A stretch of 50,356 bases of DNA from a virus. Its lineage: Duplodnaviria; Caudoviricetes. The stretch lies in the IMG/VR virus record IMGVR_UViG_3300032280_000468, positions 1 through 50,356 of that record; one strand, given 5' to 3'. Both the position numbers and the translations under genes were made by a program. Shown here one piece after another: positions 10,747-20,240 of this stretch (its first letter is position 1; every line of letters starts with the position of its first letter). A model generated the notes under the pieces. It searched no databases, was not told where the DNA came from, and was given only the letters and a program-made list of their open reading frames with translations.

Positions 10747-12414
10747 ATGTCTGAATTAAAACTTCTTAGAATAGAGGATGGGGATTCTCAAAAAAATATT
10801 ACCGACAAGGTAAATTACAACTTCCAGGAGATTGTAAATTATGGAGGTGGTCCTTATGGTAGAGTAGGTAAAGAAGGTCCTCAGGGATTTAAAGGATTAG
10901 TTGGTCCAACTGGATCTTACGGTGATCCCGGATTAAGAGGAACTATTTGGACTTTAGGACCTTCTCAACCTGGATCTGGTATAAATGGAGATTATTGGAT
11001 GAATACCGACGAGAATAACTCTGTCTACATATTTTCTAATAATGGATGGTCACTATACGGAATTAATTTAGAATCCAATGATCTTTTTGATGTTTTAGGA
11101 CCAATAAGTACTTCTGCAGGGATATCAAGTAAATATGGATATTTCATATTTTCAGGATCTCCCATATCATATACTATGGTTTTGAGTGATTCTACTATTG
11201 CTAGTGGATCATCAACTTCTCCGAATCCAATACCAAATCCTCAATATTCTAAGATGGTTTTGTCGATTTATGGTAACGATTCTACCAAAAATATTTTAGA
11301 GTTCAACAAAGGAATTTATCAATCCACTCTTTCCTATAATTCTGGAACCCCTAAGTTCTATTGGTTACAAGGTGCTACCGCAGAGAGAGGAACATATGGG
11401 TTAGGTTTTAAGAACGGCGGAAAAACTACATTTAAAACCACTGCTAACACTTTATTACAATCTAGCTCCGGTTCGGTTGAATTTAATTCGACCGGAATAA
11501 ATATAAATTCTTCGTCATTTGGTGACCAGCTAAATTTTAATCTATCCAACGGAATAACTTTTAATACCGGTACCGGTACGGCATATTTCTCGACAAATAA
11601 TTTCTCGTATGACGGATCCTCATTTAACGTTCGAACCCAAATAAACGTTCAGACTAATTCCAATCTACCCTCACTCACTATCCAATGTGAAAAATTTTAC
11701 GATAGCGGGATAAGGTACTATTATGCTGGTCCTAGCAACTCTAATGCAACTCTAATGAGTGTTAGACAAAATCAAGGACTAAGGGATATATTTGCAGTTT
11801 ATGGAAATGGATTAGTTTATCTTTACCGGAGAGTAAATACTATACAGAACAATCAAAATTTATTGTCTACTGTAAACTCGACCGTTGGTGGGGTTAGTAT
11901 AGATTGGGTCACATTGATACCTACGGTTGCAACTTCTGTCGGTTCTGGAACTTATATATGGGTTAACCGAGGATCTGACATATCGATATCCAAATCTGTA
12001 GTTCCAACAACGCAAAGAGGTGTTTGTTTATGGACTCCTGCTACAGGGGGGACAGCTGGAATTTATAATAAGGGATGGCTGAATCTTTTAGAAAATGGAG
12101 AGTCTATAAATTTAAGGGTTCATGCAAACAATGCCGGATCTACTGCTGATGTTTTTAGATACGTTGGACTAAACACATCGGAAAGTCAGGGTCTCGCTCC
12201 GAATAATACCACGTCAAACAACTATTCTTATGTTGATTTAACTGGATCTAGTTTTGTTGGAGCTTCTACTATAGACTTCACTATAGTTAATATCCAGGGA
12301 ACGGGCGGAACGTCAGGGACGAGAAGATGGTTTAAGGTTTATTATTCTGCATGGGGAGGAGGATTAACCGGAGCCAAATGCGGGGTTCTTTCAACTTATA
12401 ATGCTACAGCTTAA
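10747..12414 (+). CDS. Collagen-repeat fibre/baseplate protein, paralog 2
   Basis: GDSQKNITDKVNYNF, 11 Gly-X-Y triplets, GDYW motif, C-terminal IDFTI...VYYSAWG shared with its neighbours. Confidence 0.7.
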   Translation: MSELKLLRIEDGDSQKNITDKVNYNFQEIVNYGGGPYGRVGKEGPQGFKGLVGPTGSYGDPGLRGTIWTLGPSQPGSGINGDYWMNTDENNSVYIFSNNGWSLYGINLESNDLFDVLGPISTSAGISSKYGYFIFSGSPISYTMVLSDSTIASGSSTSPNPIPNPQYSKMVLSIYGNDSTKNILEFNKGIYQSTLSYNSGTPKFYWLQGATAERGTYGLGFKNGGKTTFKTTANTLLQSSSGSVEFNSTGININSSSFGDQLNFNLSNGITFNTGTGTAYFSTNNFSYDGSSFNVRTQINVQTNSNLPSLTIQCEKFYDSGIRYYYAGPSNSNATLMSVRQNQGLRDIFAVYGNGLVYLYRRVNTIQNNQNLLSTVNSTVGGVSIDWVTLIPTVATSVGSGTYIWVNRGSDISISKSVVPTTQRGVCLWTPATGGTAGIYNKGWLNLLENGESINLRVHANNAGSTADVFRYVGLNTSESQGLAPNNTTSNNYSYVDLTGSSFVGASTIDFTIVNIQGTGGTSGTRRWFKVYYSAWGGGLTGAKCGVLSTYNATA

Positions 12415-12416
12415 TT

Positions 12417-14075
12417 ATGAAGTTCAATACAAAGCAAATATTTCAAGGAGACTCCAAAAAGGAGGTAGTTGATAAGATCAATTACAATTTTGATCAGATC
12501 CTTTCTTTTGGTGTTGGTCCTGATGGACATCAAGGACCAATGGGTGCTACTGGTATATTTGGACCAGCTGGTAAAAAAGGCTCTACCGGAGCTAGCGGAT
12601 CCAGAGCTAATAAATGGGATTCTGGTAACTCGCAACCTAGTGGATCTATCCAGTATGATCTGTGGGTAAAAGATGATGGGGATCTTGATAACTACAGTGC
12701 AACTGGATCCTGGAATTTTACTGGGTTCAATTTTTATAATTCTCTTTATTTTAAACTCTATAATTGGATTCAGGGACCAGCCGGAGTCACTGATAAATAT
12801 GTTATTGGTTTTAAAGACACACTAAGTGCATCTTCATATTCTTTTGTTGTATCAGATAACACCCTTTCCTTAGCTGATTCGAATCCGAATAAATCTAAAT
12901 TAATAGTTTCTACGGAGGATCAGATAGCAACCCCGATATTATCTTTCGGTAAGTCAGGATCATCAGCATCTGGATTTCCATCTTTCTATTGGGGATCCCT
13001 AGGTAGTTCTAATAATTTAATATTGGATTCTGGTGGAAATATTAACATTGTTTCATATCTTTCACTCAGAGTAACCACTGCGTCAAATAATAGGATCCTA
13101 TTGGATTCTTATACTTCAGTCATTAGCTCCCAATCTAGATCATATTTTACTGGAAATGGCGATTTAACTTTTAGAACAAATACAACCGTAGGGTCTGGAT
13201 CTTCATTACTTATAACATCGAGTGGATTTAATCTAACCAGTTCACAGCTTACTTCTACTTATCCCCTATACATAAGAACATATAATTTTGGGTCCACTGG
13301 GGGATATGCTTTAAATTCTTCCCCGATCTCCCCCCTTAATGATGGCGGGATAAGACTAGAAGTAAATGGATCATCCGCCGATAGGATTTTCCAATTTGAT
13401 GACCTCTCGGGATCTTCAGTTTTATCTGCTAGACCCACTTCGACATCAAACAGTGCCGGAGATTTTGGACAAACAATATTCGGAGCAACAGGATCTTCTG
13501 CTGGAGCGACGGCTGGACCTTATGCCTATCATGTATCCAAAGCAACTCTTTTAAGATATTCAACAACTTCTAGGTCTGCAAGAGTAGCACAGTCAAATTG
13601 TTCGGGAGCAACATCATTGATTAGTAATATTTTCCAGGTTTCTTCTACTGATTTTAGCAGTAACGTTATAGTTATAACCCCAACATCTTTAACTTCCCTT
13701 AGCTCAAATGGGATATACGTAGAAATACCTTCGTCATACTTAAGCAATTTATCCGGTGTTTACTCATCTTCGCATGTAAATACTTATAGAATACTTTTAG
13801 ACGATATACTTAACAGCAATCCATCTACTCTCTTTTTAAGCGGGATAGTTTTTGAATTCTATAGCACATCTTCATCAACCTGTTGGCAATACGTTAATTT
13901 CAGTACATCACCAGGTCAGAATTGTCGTTTTATTGATATAACTTACTTACCCCCAGCAAACTTGTACAATTCAAATCCTAGAATTTTTTACAAAACATGT
14001 AATGGAACAAGTGGATATGTTAATATGGGTTCTGTTTATAATATAACCTCACCTCCCGCACAGGAAATTAGATAA
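12417..14075 (+). CDS. Collagen-repeat fibre/baseplate protein, paralog 3
   Basis: GDSKKEVVDKINYNF, 10 Gly-X-Y plus one Ala-X-Y triplet, YDLW motif, C-terminal IDITY...IFYKTCNG. Confidence 0.7.
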   Translation: MKFNTKQIFQGDSKKEVVDKINYNFDQILSFGVGPDGHQGPMGATGIFGPAGKKGSTGASGSRANKWDSGNSQPSGSIQYDLWVKDDGDLDNYSATGSWNFTGFNFYNSLYFKLYNWIQGPAGVTDKYVIGFKDTLSASSYSFVVSDNTLSLADSNPNKSKLIVSTEDQIATPILSFGKSGSSASGFPSFYWGSLGSSNNLILDSGGNINIVSYLSLRVTTASNNRILLDSYTSVISSQSRSYFTGNGDLTFRTNTTVGSGSSLLITSSGFNLTSSQLTSTYPLYIRTYNFGSTGGYALNSSPISPLNDGGIRLEVNGSSADRIFQFDDLSGSSVLSARPTSTSNSAGDFGQTIFGATGSSAGATAGPYAYHVSKATLLRYSTTSRSARVAQSNCSGATSLISNIFQVSSTDFSSNVIVITPTSLTSLSSNGIYVEIPSSYLSNLSGVYSSSHVNTYRILLDDILNSNPSTLFLSGIVFEFYSTSSSTCWQYVNFSTSPGQNCRFIDITYLPPANLYNSNPRIFYKTCNGTSGYVNMGSVYNITSPPAQEIR

Positions 14076-14096
14076 TAAAAAATAAATTAAATCCCT

Positions 14097-14360
14097 ATGA
14101 TAAATCTAACGGAAAAAGAAAAATCGGAGATTCTTAAAATATCTAAGAATTTTGTTGAGATCCACCAGAAGATAATGAAAGTTGAGGAAAGAATAAAAGA
14201 ATTGGAATGCGAGTCTGCTTCACTCATAGAAGAGTTGGAATCTTGCAGGGATAACGAGTTTCGTTTTGTTTCTGAGCTTTCTGATAAATACGGTGAGGGC
14301 AATCTAGATCCATTTACTTTAACTTGGATGGTTCTAGAAAGCAAAAAAGAAACTATTTAA
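14097..14360 (+). CDS. Small coiled-coil protein (possible fibre assembly chaperone)
   Basis: 87 aa heptad-rich ORF ending ELSDKYGEGNLDP, directly after the fibre genes. Function is inferred. Confidence 0.5.
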   Translation: MINLTEKEKSEILKISKNFVEIHQKIMKVEERIKELECESASLIEELESCRDNEFRFVSELSDKYGEGNLDPFTLTWMVLESKKETI

Positions 14361-14361
14361 A

Positions 14362-15195
14362 ATGAAAAAATTTGAAAAGATCCTAGGTTTTATAACTTCT
14401 AGAACCTTTATGCTTATTGCTATTGCTGTACTTATATTTCTCTTTATGAGACAATGTGGAGTATCTAAAAATGCAGAAGCCGAAGCGAGGAGAGAACACA
14501 ATAACTATTTAGCTTCCATAGATTCAGTTAGAACTATCAAGAAGGAGAGAGATCATGCGATATATGAGAAATCTGCTTTCCAATTAAAGGTTAGCGAACT
14601 GTCACAGGAGCAAAAAGATCTCATAAAAGAGCTTGATCTAAAGAGCAATGGCAGAGGAACAACACCTAAGACTGTTATCCAATATGTTGTCGAGTATAGA
14701 GAGGTGATCAAAAATATTCCTTCCACGGTGGATAAAGATCCAGATGGCGGAGAGTCAATTACTTTTTTACATAATCCAGAGCTAAAAGGGAAGAATAAAC
14801 TGAGAATCGCAGGGAAAGTGCCATATTCGGTTAATATACTAAGAGATTCTACCGATTCAACTAAGTATTTTGCTGAGATAATACCAGGGGGAACAACCCT
14901 AGATATAGAGCAGAGTATCGATATAGTTACAGGAGTTTATATGGAGCCTAAAACTAAAAGAATAATGACGAGGGTAAGCACAACCTTTCCCAATTTAACT
15001 TTTAGCGAGATTAATTCATTCGATATCACAGATAGTCCAGAAACAAGACAATTGATGAAATCAGCCAGAAAACAATTTGGTCTGGGACTAAATCTTGGAT
15101 ATGGACTTAATATGGGAGCTAATGGAATAAATTCTGGAGTTTATGTAGGAATAGGTTTGCATTACTCCCCTAGATTTTTACAATTTGGAAAATAA
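14362..15195 (+). CDS. Membrane-anchored coiled-coil protein with C-terminal amphipathic beta-hairpin (spanin-like candidate)
   Basis: N-terminal hydrophobic helix (FMLIAIAVLIFLFM), coiled coil, C-terminal FGLGLNLGYG...GVYVGIGLHY. Confidence 0.5.
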   Translation: MKKFEKILGFITSRTFMLIAIAVLIFLFMRQCGVSKNAEAEARREHNNYLASIDSVRTIKKERDHAIYEKSAFQLKVSELSQEQKDLIKELDLKSNGRGTTPKTVIQYVVEYREVIKNIPSTVDKDPDGGESITFLHNPELKGKNKLRIAGKVPYSVNILRDSTDSTKYFAEIIPGGTTLDIEQSIDIVTGVYMEPKTKRIMTRVSTTFPNLTFSEINSFDITDSPETRQLMKSARKQFGLGLNLGYGLNMGANGINSGVYVGIGLHYSPRFLQFGK

Positions 15196-15203
15196 ATTAA
15201 TAA

Positions 15204-17519
15204 ATGGCTTTTACTACGACATCTAAATTTGTTCAGATTACTCCATATCTTTTAATGGAGTACATGTATGCGGATGAGCCTACACCTGAATCATACTTCG
15301 TAAACACCGGTTCTACCACTGTGGGATACGAAAAACTCGTGAATGGATATTTGAATAATGACGTTCAGGTATTTAATCCTGGTGTAGATTACTCAATTAC
15401 CCAAAATACTGCGGATGATAGCGTAGTTAGAATAGGGGAATCATCGTTTGTTACGCTAGATTCTAACCTCATCATACCATTTAATGATTATAGTGACGAG
15501 CTAACCAATACTGCAGATCTGCCTATAACATTCCCTTCTAACTTATTTGTTGTTTATGATTCAGTAAGATACCACATAAGAGCGGGTTATAATCTTAATA
15601 ACATCGACGGGATCATTATGTCGATAGAATACCAGGATCAGGATGGATCTTACGTTACCGTTTCCCAGGTAGCTATTAAGAAAGGAACTCAACAATTCTA
15701 TACATTAAATCCAAATCCAGTAAACATAGGTGCAAATATTTACGACAAATATTTCGAGATAAAGATCCCAAATCTTAAGGATATGGGAGACAAATATTTG
15801 GCTGCTTCTTCCTCATTTAAGCCACAAACACTTGCTTCTTTGGTAAGCAAAAGTGGAAATGGTTTTATCTACGGAGCTCCTATTAGAATATCCGCTTGGC
15901 AGATTCAAAGTACCGTTGATTTTAACGGATATGAGAGATACAATACCGCAAGAGTAGCCACCCTATCTTTAGAACAGGAAGATCCATTTTCTAACATTGG
16001 TGCTACTATAAAAGAGTCGGATCAGGGACAGTTTTTTGAATATTATGCAACCGACAATGAGGGATTTGTAGAGGATTTCATTCTCTTCCAGAATTCGATA
16101 GGAAATGGATACTATATAAGCCATGAAATAGAGGTTCTTGAGCAGATTGGGGCTGCACTAATAAAAACTTCTCAATTCCAATCTATCCAGACAACCGCAT
16201 ACGATCTTCCTAATTATTATAGACCAATAGTAAGAAATGCCGGCGTGGCTGTTAGCTTCATGCTAAGATACACGATGTCTCTAATAAATAGTGTTGATCA
16301 AACAAGAATAACAAGAATATCAACTTACACTTCAAATAGTCCTTCTCAATGGGGAACAACGATAACCCCTTTGCAGCTTAGTAATTTTCCTCAGGTTCAA
16401 AAAATATACAACAGAGTATACTCTCAGCCTCAGATTAATGTTTCTGGTGGTGCAAATGGGATAAAAGCAAAAGAGATAGTTAAATACGTAAATGTTTTCG
16501 TAGATCAGAATTTTGTTACTGCTACAGTTAGCAGCTTAAAGTTCGTGAACAACCAGCTAAGCTCGGAAAAAGGAGCGGGCGAGACAACTGCTTACGGAAC
16601 AGGTAAATTAACAGTTTCTATATCTCCTTTTGATAATTTCTATAAGTTCTCCTTTGTGAAAAGCGGTCCTTCAGGAGATCCGGTTCAGATAGATCTTAGT
16701 AATTCAGGTAAGTTTAATATTTCATTCGTGAATACGAATGGAAATAAGATACAAGTTCCTGCATTGGATGATAGAAATCTGGCAGATCCAGTTAAAGGAG
16801 AATTAGCTTTTAAATTGGATGAATCTGCATCAACCCAGATTCTTCAGTTAACTGATAGAAGGTTCTTTATTACAAACGGAACCAGTGTAACTTCAGAGTC
16901 AAAAAGTGTGACTGATAGCACTAGAAAGAAAGTTGCGGTAGGAAAGAATGCCTTAGAGAATACAATTCTAGGTGTAGTAGAAGCTAGAAGAGCTCAGGCT
17001 AATTCTATAAAGGGATCTAATGTATCCGTTGATCCGTCTGCAAACGGCGTTTTAGGATCGGTAAATAACACAAATTCTGTTATGTATTGGGGTTACTGGA
17101 AGAAAGAGGGCGAAGAAGATTTCGTAACTGGGGCAACCGGCGGAACAGCAGTTTCTACATTTACTTCAGGTACTAGCGGAAGTGGATTTGTAGGAACTCT
17201 TGAGTCACCTGCTACCCCTTCTATAAAATCAATTAAACCGGCAGCAGGAACTTCGGTAACTGGTACATCTTCTGCAATCCCAACAATCTCATCTACAAAT
17301 CAGACTCTAACTGGAGCGGTTCTTATAGCTTCTTTAAGTGCTGAAATGGCTGGATATAAAGCTACTGGATGGAATGATACCACTATTGTCGATTACTTCT
17401 TAACTCCAGGGAAACCTGGAAGAATAAAATACCCGAACATAACGGTAAATGATGTGATTGTGGCAGGTGATGATATACTTGCACCTGGAACGATCGATGA
17501 CTTGAAAACAAGGAAATAA
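15204..17519 (+). CDS. Putative virion structural protein (771 aa)
   Basis: Long beta-rich ORF with an S/T/G-rich linker, immediately upstream of the tail-tube-like gene. Confidence 0.55.
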   Translation: MAFTTTSKFVQITPYLLMEYMYADEPTPESYFVNTGSTTVGYEKLVNGYLNNDVQVFNPGVDYSITQNTADDSVVRIGESSFVTLDSNLIIPFNDYSDELTNTADLPITFPSNLFVVYDSVRYHIRAGYNLNNIDGIIMSIEYQDQDGSYVTVSQVAIKKGTQQFYTLNPNPVNIGANIYDKYFEIKIPNLKDMGDKYLAASSSFKPQTLASLVSKSGNGFIYGAPIRISAWQIQSTVDFNGYERYNTARVATLSLEQEDPFSNIGATIKESDQGQFFEYYATDNEGFVEDFILFQNSIGNGYYISHEIEVLEQIGAALIKTSQFQSIQTTAYDLPNYYRPIVRNAGVAVSFMLRYTMSLINSVDQTRITRISTYTSNSPSQWGTTITPLQLSNFPQVQKIYNRVYSQPQINVSGGANGIKAKEIVKYVNVFVDQNFVTATVSSLKFVNNQLSSEKGAGETTAYGTGKLTVSISPFDNFYKFSFVKSGPSGDPVQIDLSNSGKFNISFVNTNGNKIQVPALDDRNLADPVKGELAFKLDESASTQILQLTDRRFFITNGTSVTSESKSVTDSTRKKVAVGKNALENTILGVVEARRAQANSIKGSNVSVDPSANGVLGSVNNTNSVMYWGYWKKEGEEDFVTGATGGTAVSTFTSGTSGSGFVGTLESPATPSIKSIKPAAGTSVTGTSSAIPTISSTNQTLTGAVLIASLSAEMAGYKATGWNDTTIVDYFLTPGKPGRIKYPNITVNDVIVAGDDILAPGTIDDLKTRK

Positions 17520-17521
17520 AT

Positions 17522-18070
17522 ATGTTATTAAATCCGAAACAAAATAGTTTTTTCTTCCAGTTTCCTAAGGGATTCTTTCCGGAAATTATAGTTGAGAAGT
17601 ACTTACCGTATCTTAAAAAACAACCGGTTCCGTTTGATAGTCTTTCGCAGTATGTTAATAGCACTATCCAGACTATAAATTTTCCTGGACTGCAGCTAGA
17701 TTCAGTAGAACAAGTTAGACCTTTGGGTAAAAAGGTTACCTATAAGGGATCTACACCAATCCAGGATTTATTCACCAAGGATCTTAATGTTCAATTTAGA
17801 CTTGTTGATGGATTCATCAATTATTTCATAATGCTGGATACTATTCTATGGTATGTTAATTTCGCTCAGGAGCAGATTTTTATACAGAATTTACCTCTAA
17901 GAATCATGGACAGCGAGGGGAATATAGTTGTATCAGCAACTTTCGAACAGGCTATTATATCATCATTTTCTGAACTTCAATTTTCCTACACCTCGAATGC
18001 AGCACAGGATGCTAACTTCAGCATGGGATTTAATTTCAATTACTTAGATATAAAATTAGAAGCTAAGTAG
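17522..18070 (+). CDS. Tail tube / tail completion (gp19/gp3-like) protein
   Basis: 182 aa; IQTINFPGLQL...LNVQFRLVDGFINY...FSELQFSY pattern resembles T4 tail-tube-fold proteins. Confidence 0.55.
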   Translation: MLLNPKQNSFFFQFPKGFFPEIIVEKYLPYLKKQPVPFDSLSQYVNSTIQTINFPGLQLDSVEQVRPLGKKVTYKGSTPIQDLFTKDLNVQFRLVDGFINYFIMLDTILWYVNFAQEQIFIQNLPLRIMDSEGNIVVSATFEQAIISSFSELQFSYTSNAAQDANFSMGFNFNYLDIKLEAK

Positions 18071-18078
18071 GATATATA
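18071..18078 (+). promoter_or_regulatory. GATATATA putative late promoter
   Basis: Intergenic copy upstream of 18097. Confidence 0.55.
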
Positions 18079-18096
18079 GATCAAATAAGGAAAGAA

Positions 18097-18336
18097 ATGA
18101 AAAAGTATTCAGAATTACAGGAACTAAACGAGATGAAATTTGGCCAACCTCTTTTCACAGAAAAAGACCGAATGAAAAATTTGTTGGTAGCAGCATCAGG
18201 AAACGACCAAAGAGTTTTGAATGATATAGTTAACTGTTTAACTGACGAACAGATGAAGAAGTGCTACGATAAGCTTTCCAAAGTTTATGGATATACAGGA
18301 AGCACAGGTCAAAAAATAGTTCCACCTAGCCTATAA
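18097..18336 (+). CDS. Hypothetical protein with capsid-targeting-like N-terminus
   Basis: Starts MKKYSELQELNE; preceded by GATATATA at 18071. Confidence 0.55.
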   Translation: MKKYSELQELNEMKFGQPLFTEKDRMKNLLVAASGNDQRVLNDIVNCLTDEQMKKCYDKLSKVYGYTGSTGQKIVPPSL

Positions 18337-18341
18337 TCTTA

Positions 18342-19052
18342 ATGAATTTAGTTGGAATAGATTTTTCAATCAATTCGCCAGCTTTTTGTTGTCTTAAAGA
18401 TGGTGTTTACACGTGGGGATCTGTGACCAGATCTGACCGTTCTAAAGAATCACTAATCAAGAACTCAAAGAAACCGTATCACTGGTTAGATGCGGACCCA
18501 AATTTTATTCTGGACTTTATCGATAAGGAAGATCTTCCTGATGATTATACGGGGAGAGAAAGAATGAAAATAGTGTACTTTTTAAGCATCGTAGACAGAC
18601 TTTGGGACAGTATTAAGGGTGTAATGGGTAATTCTGATTTTAGTGTAGCTATGGAGGGTTTAAGCTTCTCCTCGAACGGTAACGCACTTATCGACATATC
18701 CATGGCAACATCACTTTTAAGAGAGAGAATAATTAGAGAAGTGGGGGTGGATTCATTTTATGTGTTTTCACCAACCAGTATAAAAAAGTTTGCGATAAAA
18801 GGAAACGCTAAAAAGGATGAGCTTTACGAGGCTCTGTGTAATTTTAAAGAGGACGAAACAAATTTAGAGGTATTTACTAGAATGTTAGCATTCAACAAGG
18901 AAGAATGGGTAACTAAAGCCAAACAGGTGAATAAGCCAATCGATGATATTGTTGATGCAACTTGGATTAATTTGTATTTAAAAAAGGAATTAGAGGGAAT
19001 TTATGAAATTAAGAGGAATTTGGAAACTGAAAAAGCTTCTCCTACGATCTGA
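18342..19052 (+). CDS. RuvC-like Holliday junction resolvase
   Basis: GIDFSINSPA (catalytic D), AMEGLSF (catalytic E), SPTSIKKFA..GNAKKDEL, DDIVDA. Confidence 0.8.
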   Translation: MNLVGIDFSINSPAFCCLKDGVYTWGSVTRSDRSKESLIKNSKKPYHWLDADPNFILDFIDKEDLPDDYTGRERMKIVYFLSIVDRLWDSIKGVMGNSDFSVAMEGLSFSSNGNALIDISMATSLLRERIIREVGVDSFYVFSPTSIKKFAIKGNAKKDELYEALCNFKEDETNLEVFTRMLAFNKEEWVTKAKQVNKPIDDIVDATWINLYLKKELEGIYEIKRNLETEKASPTI

Positions 19053-19208
19053 CATACTAGGGATCGTTATAAATAAAAAATCACGAAACATTATAAATCT
19101 TAGGGATGGACCATAAATCCAATCCCTCTTACTGTGGGCTATCCAATCGCCCTAAGAATTGGAACAAAAAGAAAAATTTGAATAAAATCTAAAAATTAAT
19201 TTAAAATC

Positions 19209-20186
19209 ATGAGTAATTTAGACATTTTTAATCTGGACGCTGAGTCATTTGTAACAAAGACCAACCAAGCAGGAGGATCGAAAGATCTTGAATTTTACAA
19301 GCCTTACCCGGAAGATGGAAAGGATGGAGTTTATAAATCTCTAATCAGATTCATACCGAATCCAGAAAACCCTGCAAAATCTAAGATCCACAAATACTAT
19401 GTGTATTTGAATGATCCAGTAAGCGGAAACGGATTCGCAGTTGACTGTCCTTCAACAGTTGGTAAAAAATCTATCCTTAAGGATCTTTTCTGGAAATTGA
19501 AAAATTCACATTCTGCAGCAGATCAAGAACTAGCTAAGAGCTTCTCTAGAAAAGAGGATTTCTATTCTTTAGTTCAGATCGTACAGGATAAGAATAATCC
19601 AGATCTAGAAGGTAAGATCATGATCTTCAAATTCGGTAAGAAGCTTAACGATATGATCGAAGCTCAGCTTCAGCCAGAATATGGAGATGCTTGCAATCCT
19701 TTCGACCTTTTCGAAGGTAGAGAATTTGCAATAAGCGTTAGAAAAGTTGGAGAATGGAACAACTATGATTTATGCTCATTCGTAGGAGAAAGAACCCCAA
19801 TTAAAATCGAGGGAACTCCGATGAAGAAAAATCAGGAGGATATGAATAGAATTCTAGAGTATCTTAAGACTGGACCAAGAAATCTATCATCTTTTGATTA
19901 TAAAGATTGGGATGATGAGGTAACTGACAAGGTAATGGCAGTGATCAGAAATACAGTTCCAGAGCAAAGAATTGTAAATGAGATCGTTGGTGGCGTTGCA
20001 TCAGCACCGTCTAAACCAAATCCAGTTCAACAACCTTCTTCGTCAGCTCCTTCCAGCTCATCTCAAATGCTAGAGGAGGTGTCAAACACTAAAGTTGGGG
20101 GACAGAGCCCAAGAGAGACTCCATATGAGGCTCCTTCATCTGCATCTTCATCTACTTCTCTAGATGATCTTTACGCAGACCTTTAA
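19209..20186 (+). CDS. gp32: Single-stranded DNA-binding protein (T4 gp32-like)
   Basis: IRFIP, DCPSTVG, GKIMIFKFGKKL, NPFDLFEG, NYDLCSF, S/P-rich linker and acidic tail SLDDLYADL. Confidence 0.9.
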   Translation: MSNLDIFNLDAESFVTKTNQAGGSKDLEFYKPYPEDGKDGVYKSLIRFIPNPENPAKSKIHKYYVYLNDPVSGNGFAVDCPSTVGKKSILKDLFWKLKNSHSAADQELAKSFSRKEDFYSLVQIVQDKNNPDLEGKIMIFKFGKKLNDMIEAQLQPEYGDACNPFDLFEGREFAISVRKVGEWNNYDLCSFVGERTPIKIEGTPMKKNQEDMNRILEYLKTGPRNLSSFDYKDWDDEVTDKVMAVIRNTVPEQRIVNEIVGGVASAPSKPNPVQQPSSSAPSSSSQMLEEVSNTKVGGQSPRETPYEAPSSASSSTSLDDLYADL

Positions 20187-20200
20187 TTAAAATCACAAAT

Positions 20201-20234
20201 TGGGGGTATGTCCATCGGACTGCCCCCATTTTTT
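20201..20234 (+). terminator. Rho-independent terminator after gp32
   Basis: TGGGGGTA-TGTCC-ATC-GGAC-TGCCCCCA hairpin followed by a T-run. Confidence 0.7.
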
Positions 20235-20240
20235 CATATT

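Noticed and set aside
19003-19116. 37 aa basic ORF MKLRGIWKLKK... overlapping the resolvase end
   Set aside because: Short, with no recognisable motif, and better explained as part of the structured gene 32 leader; not fully excluded.
20208-20240. Longer primase N-terminus from ATG 20208
   Set aside because: That ATG lies within a GC-rich terminator hairpin; ATG 20241 has a normal A/T-rich context.
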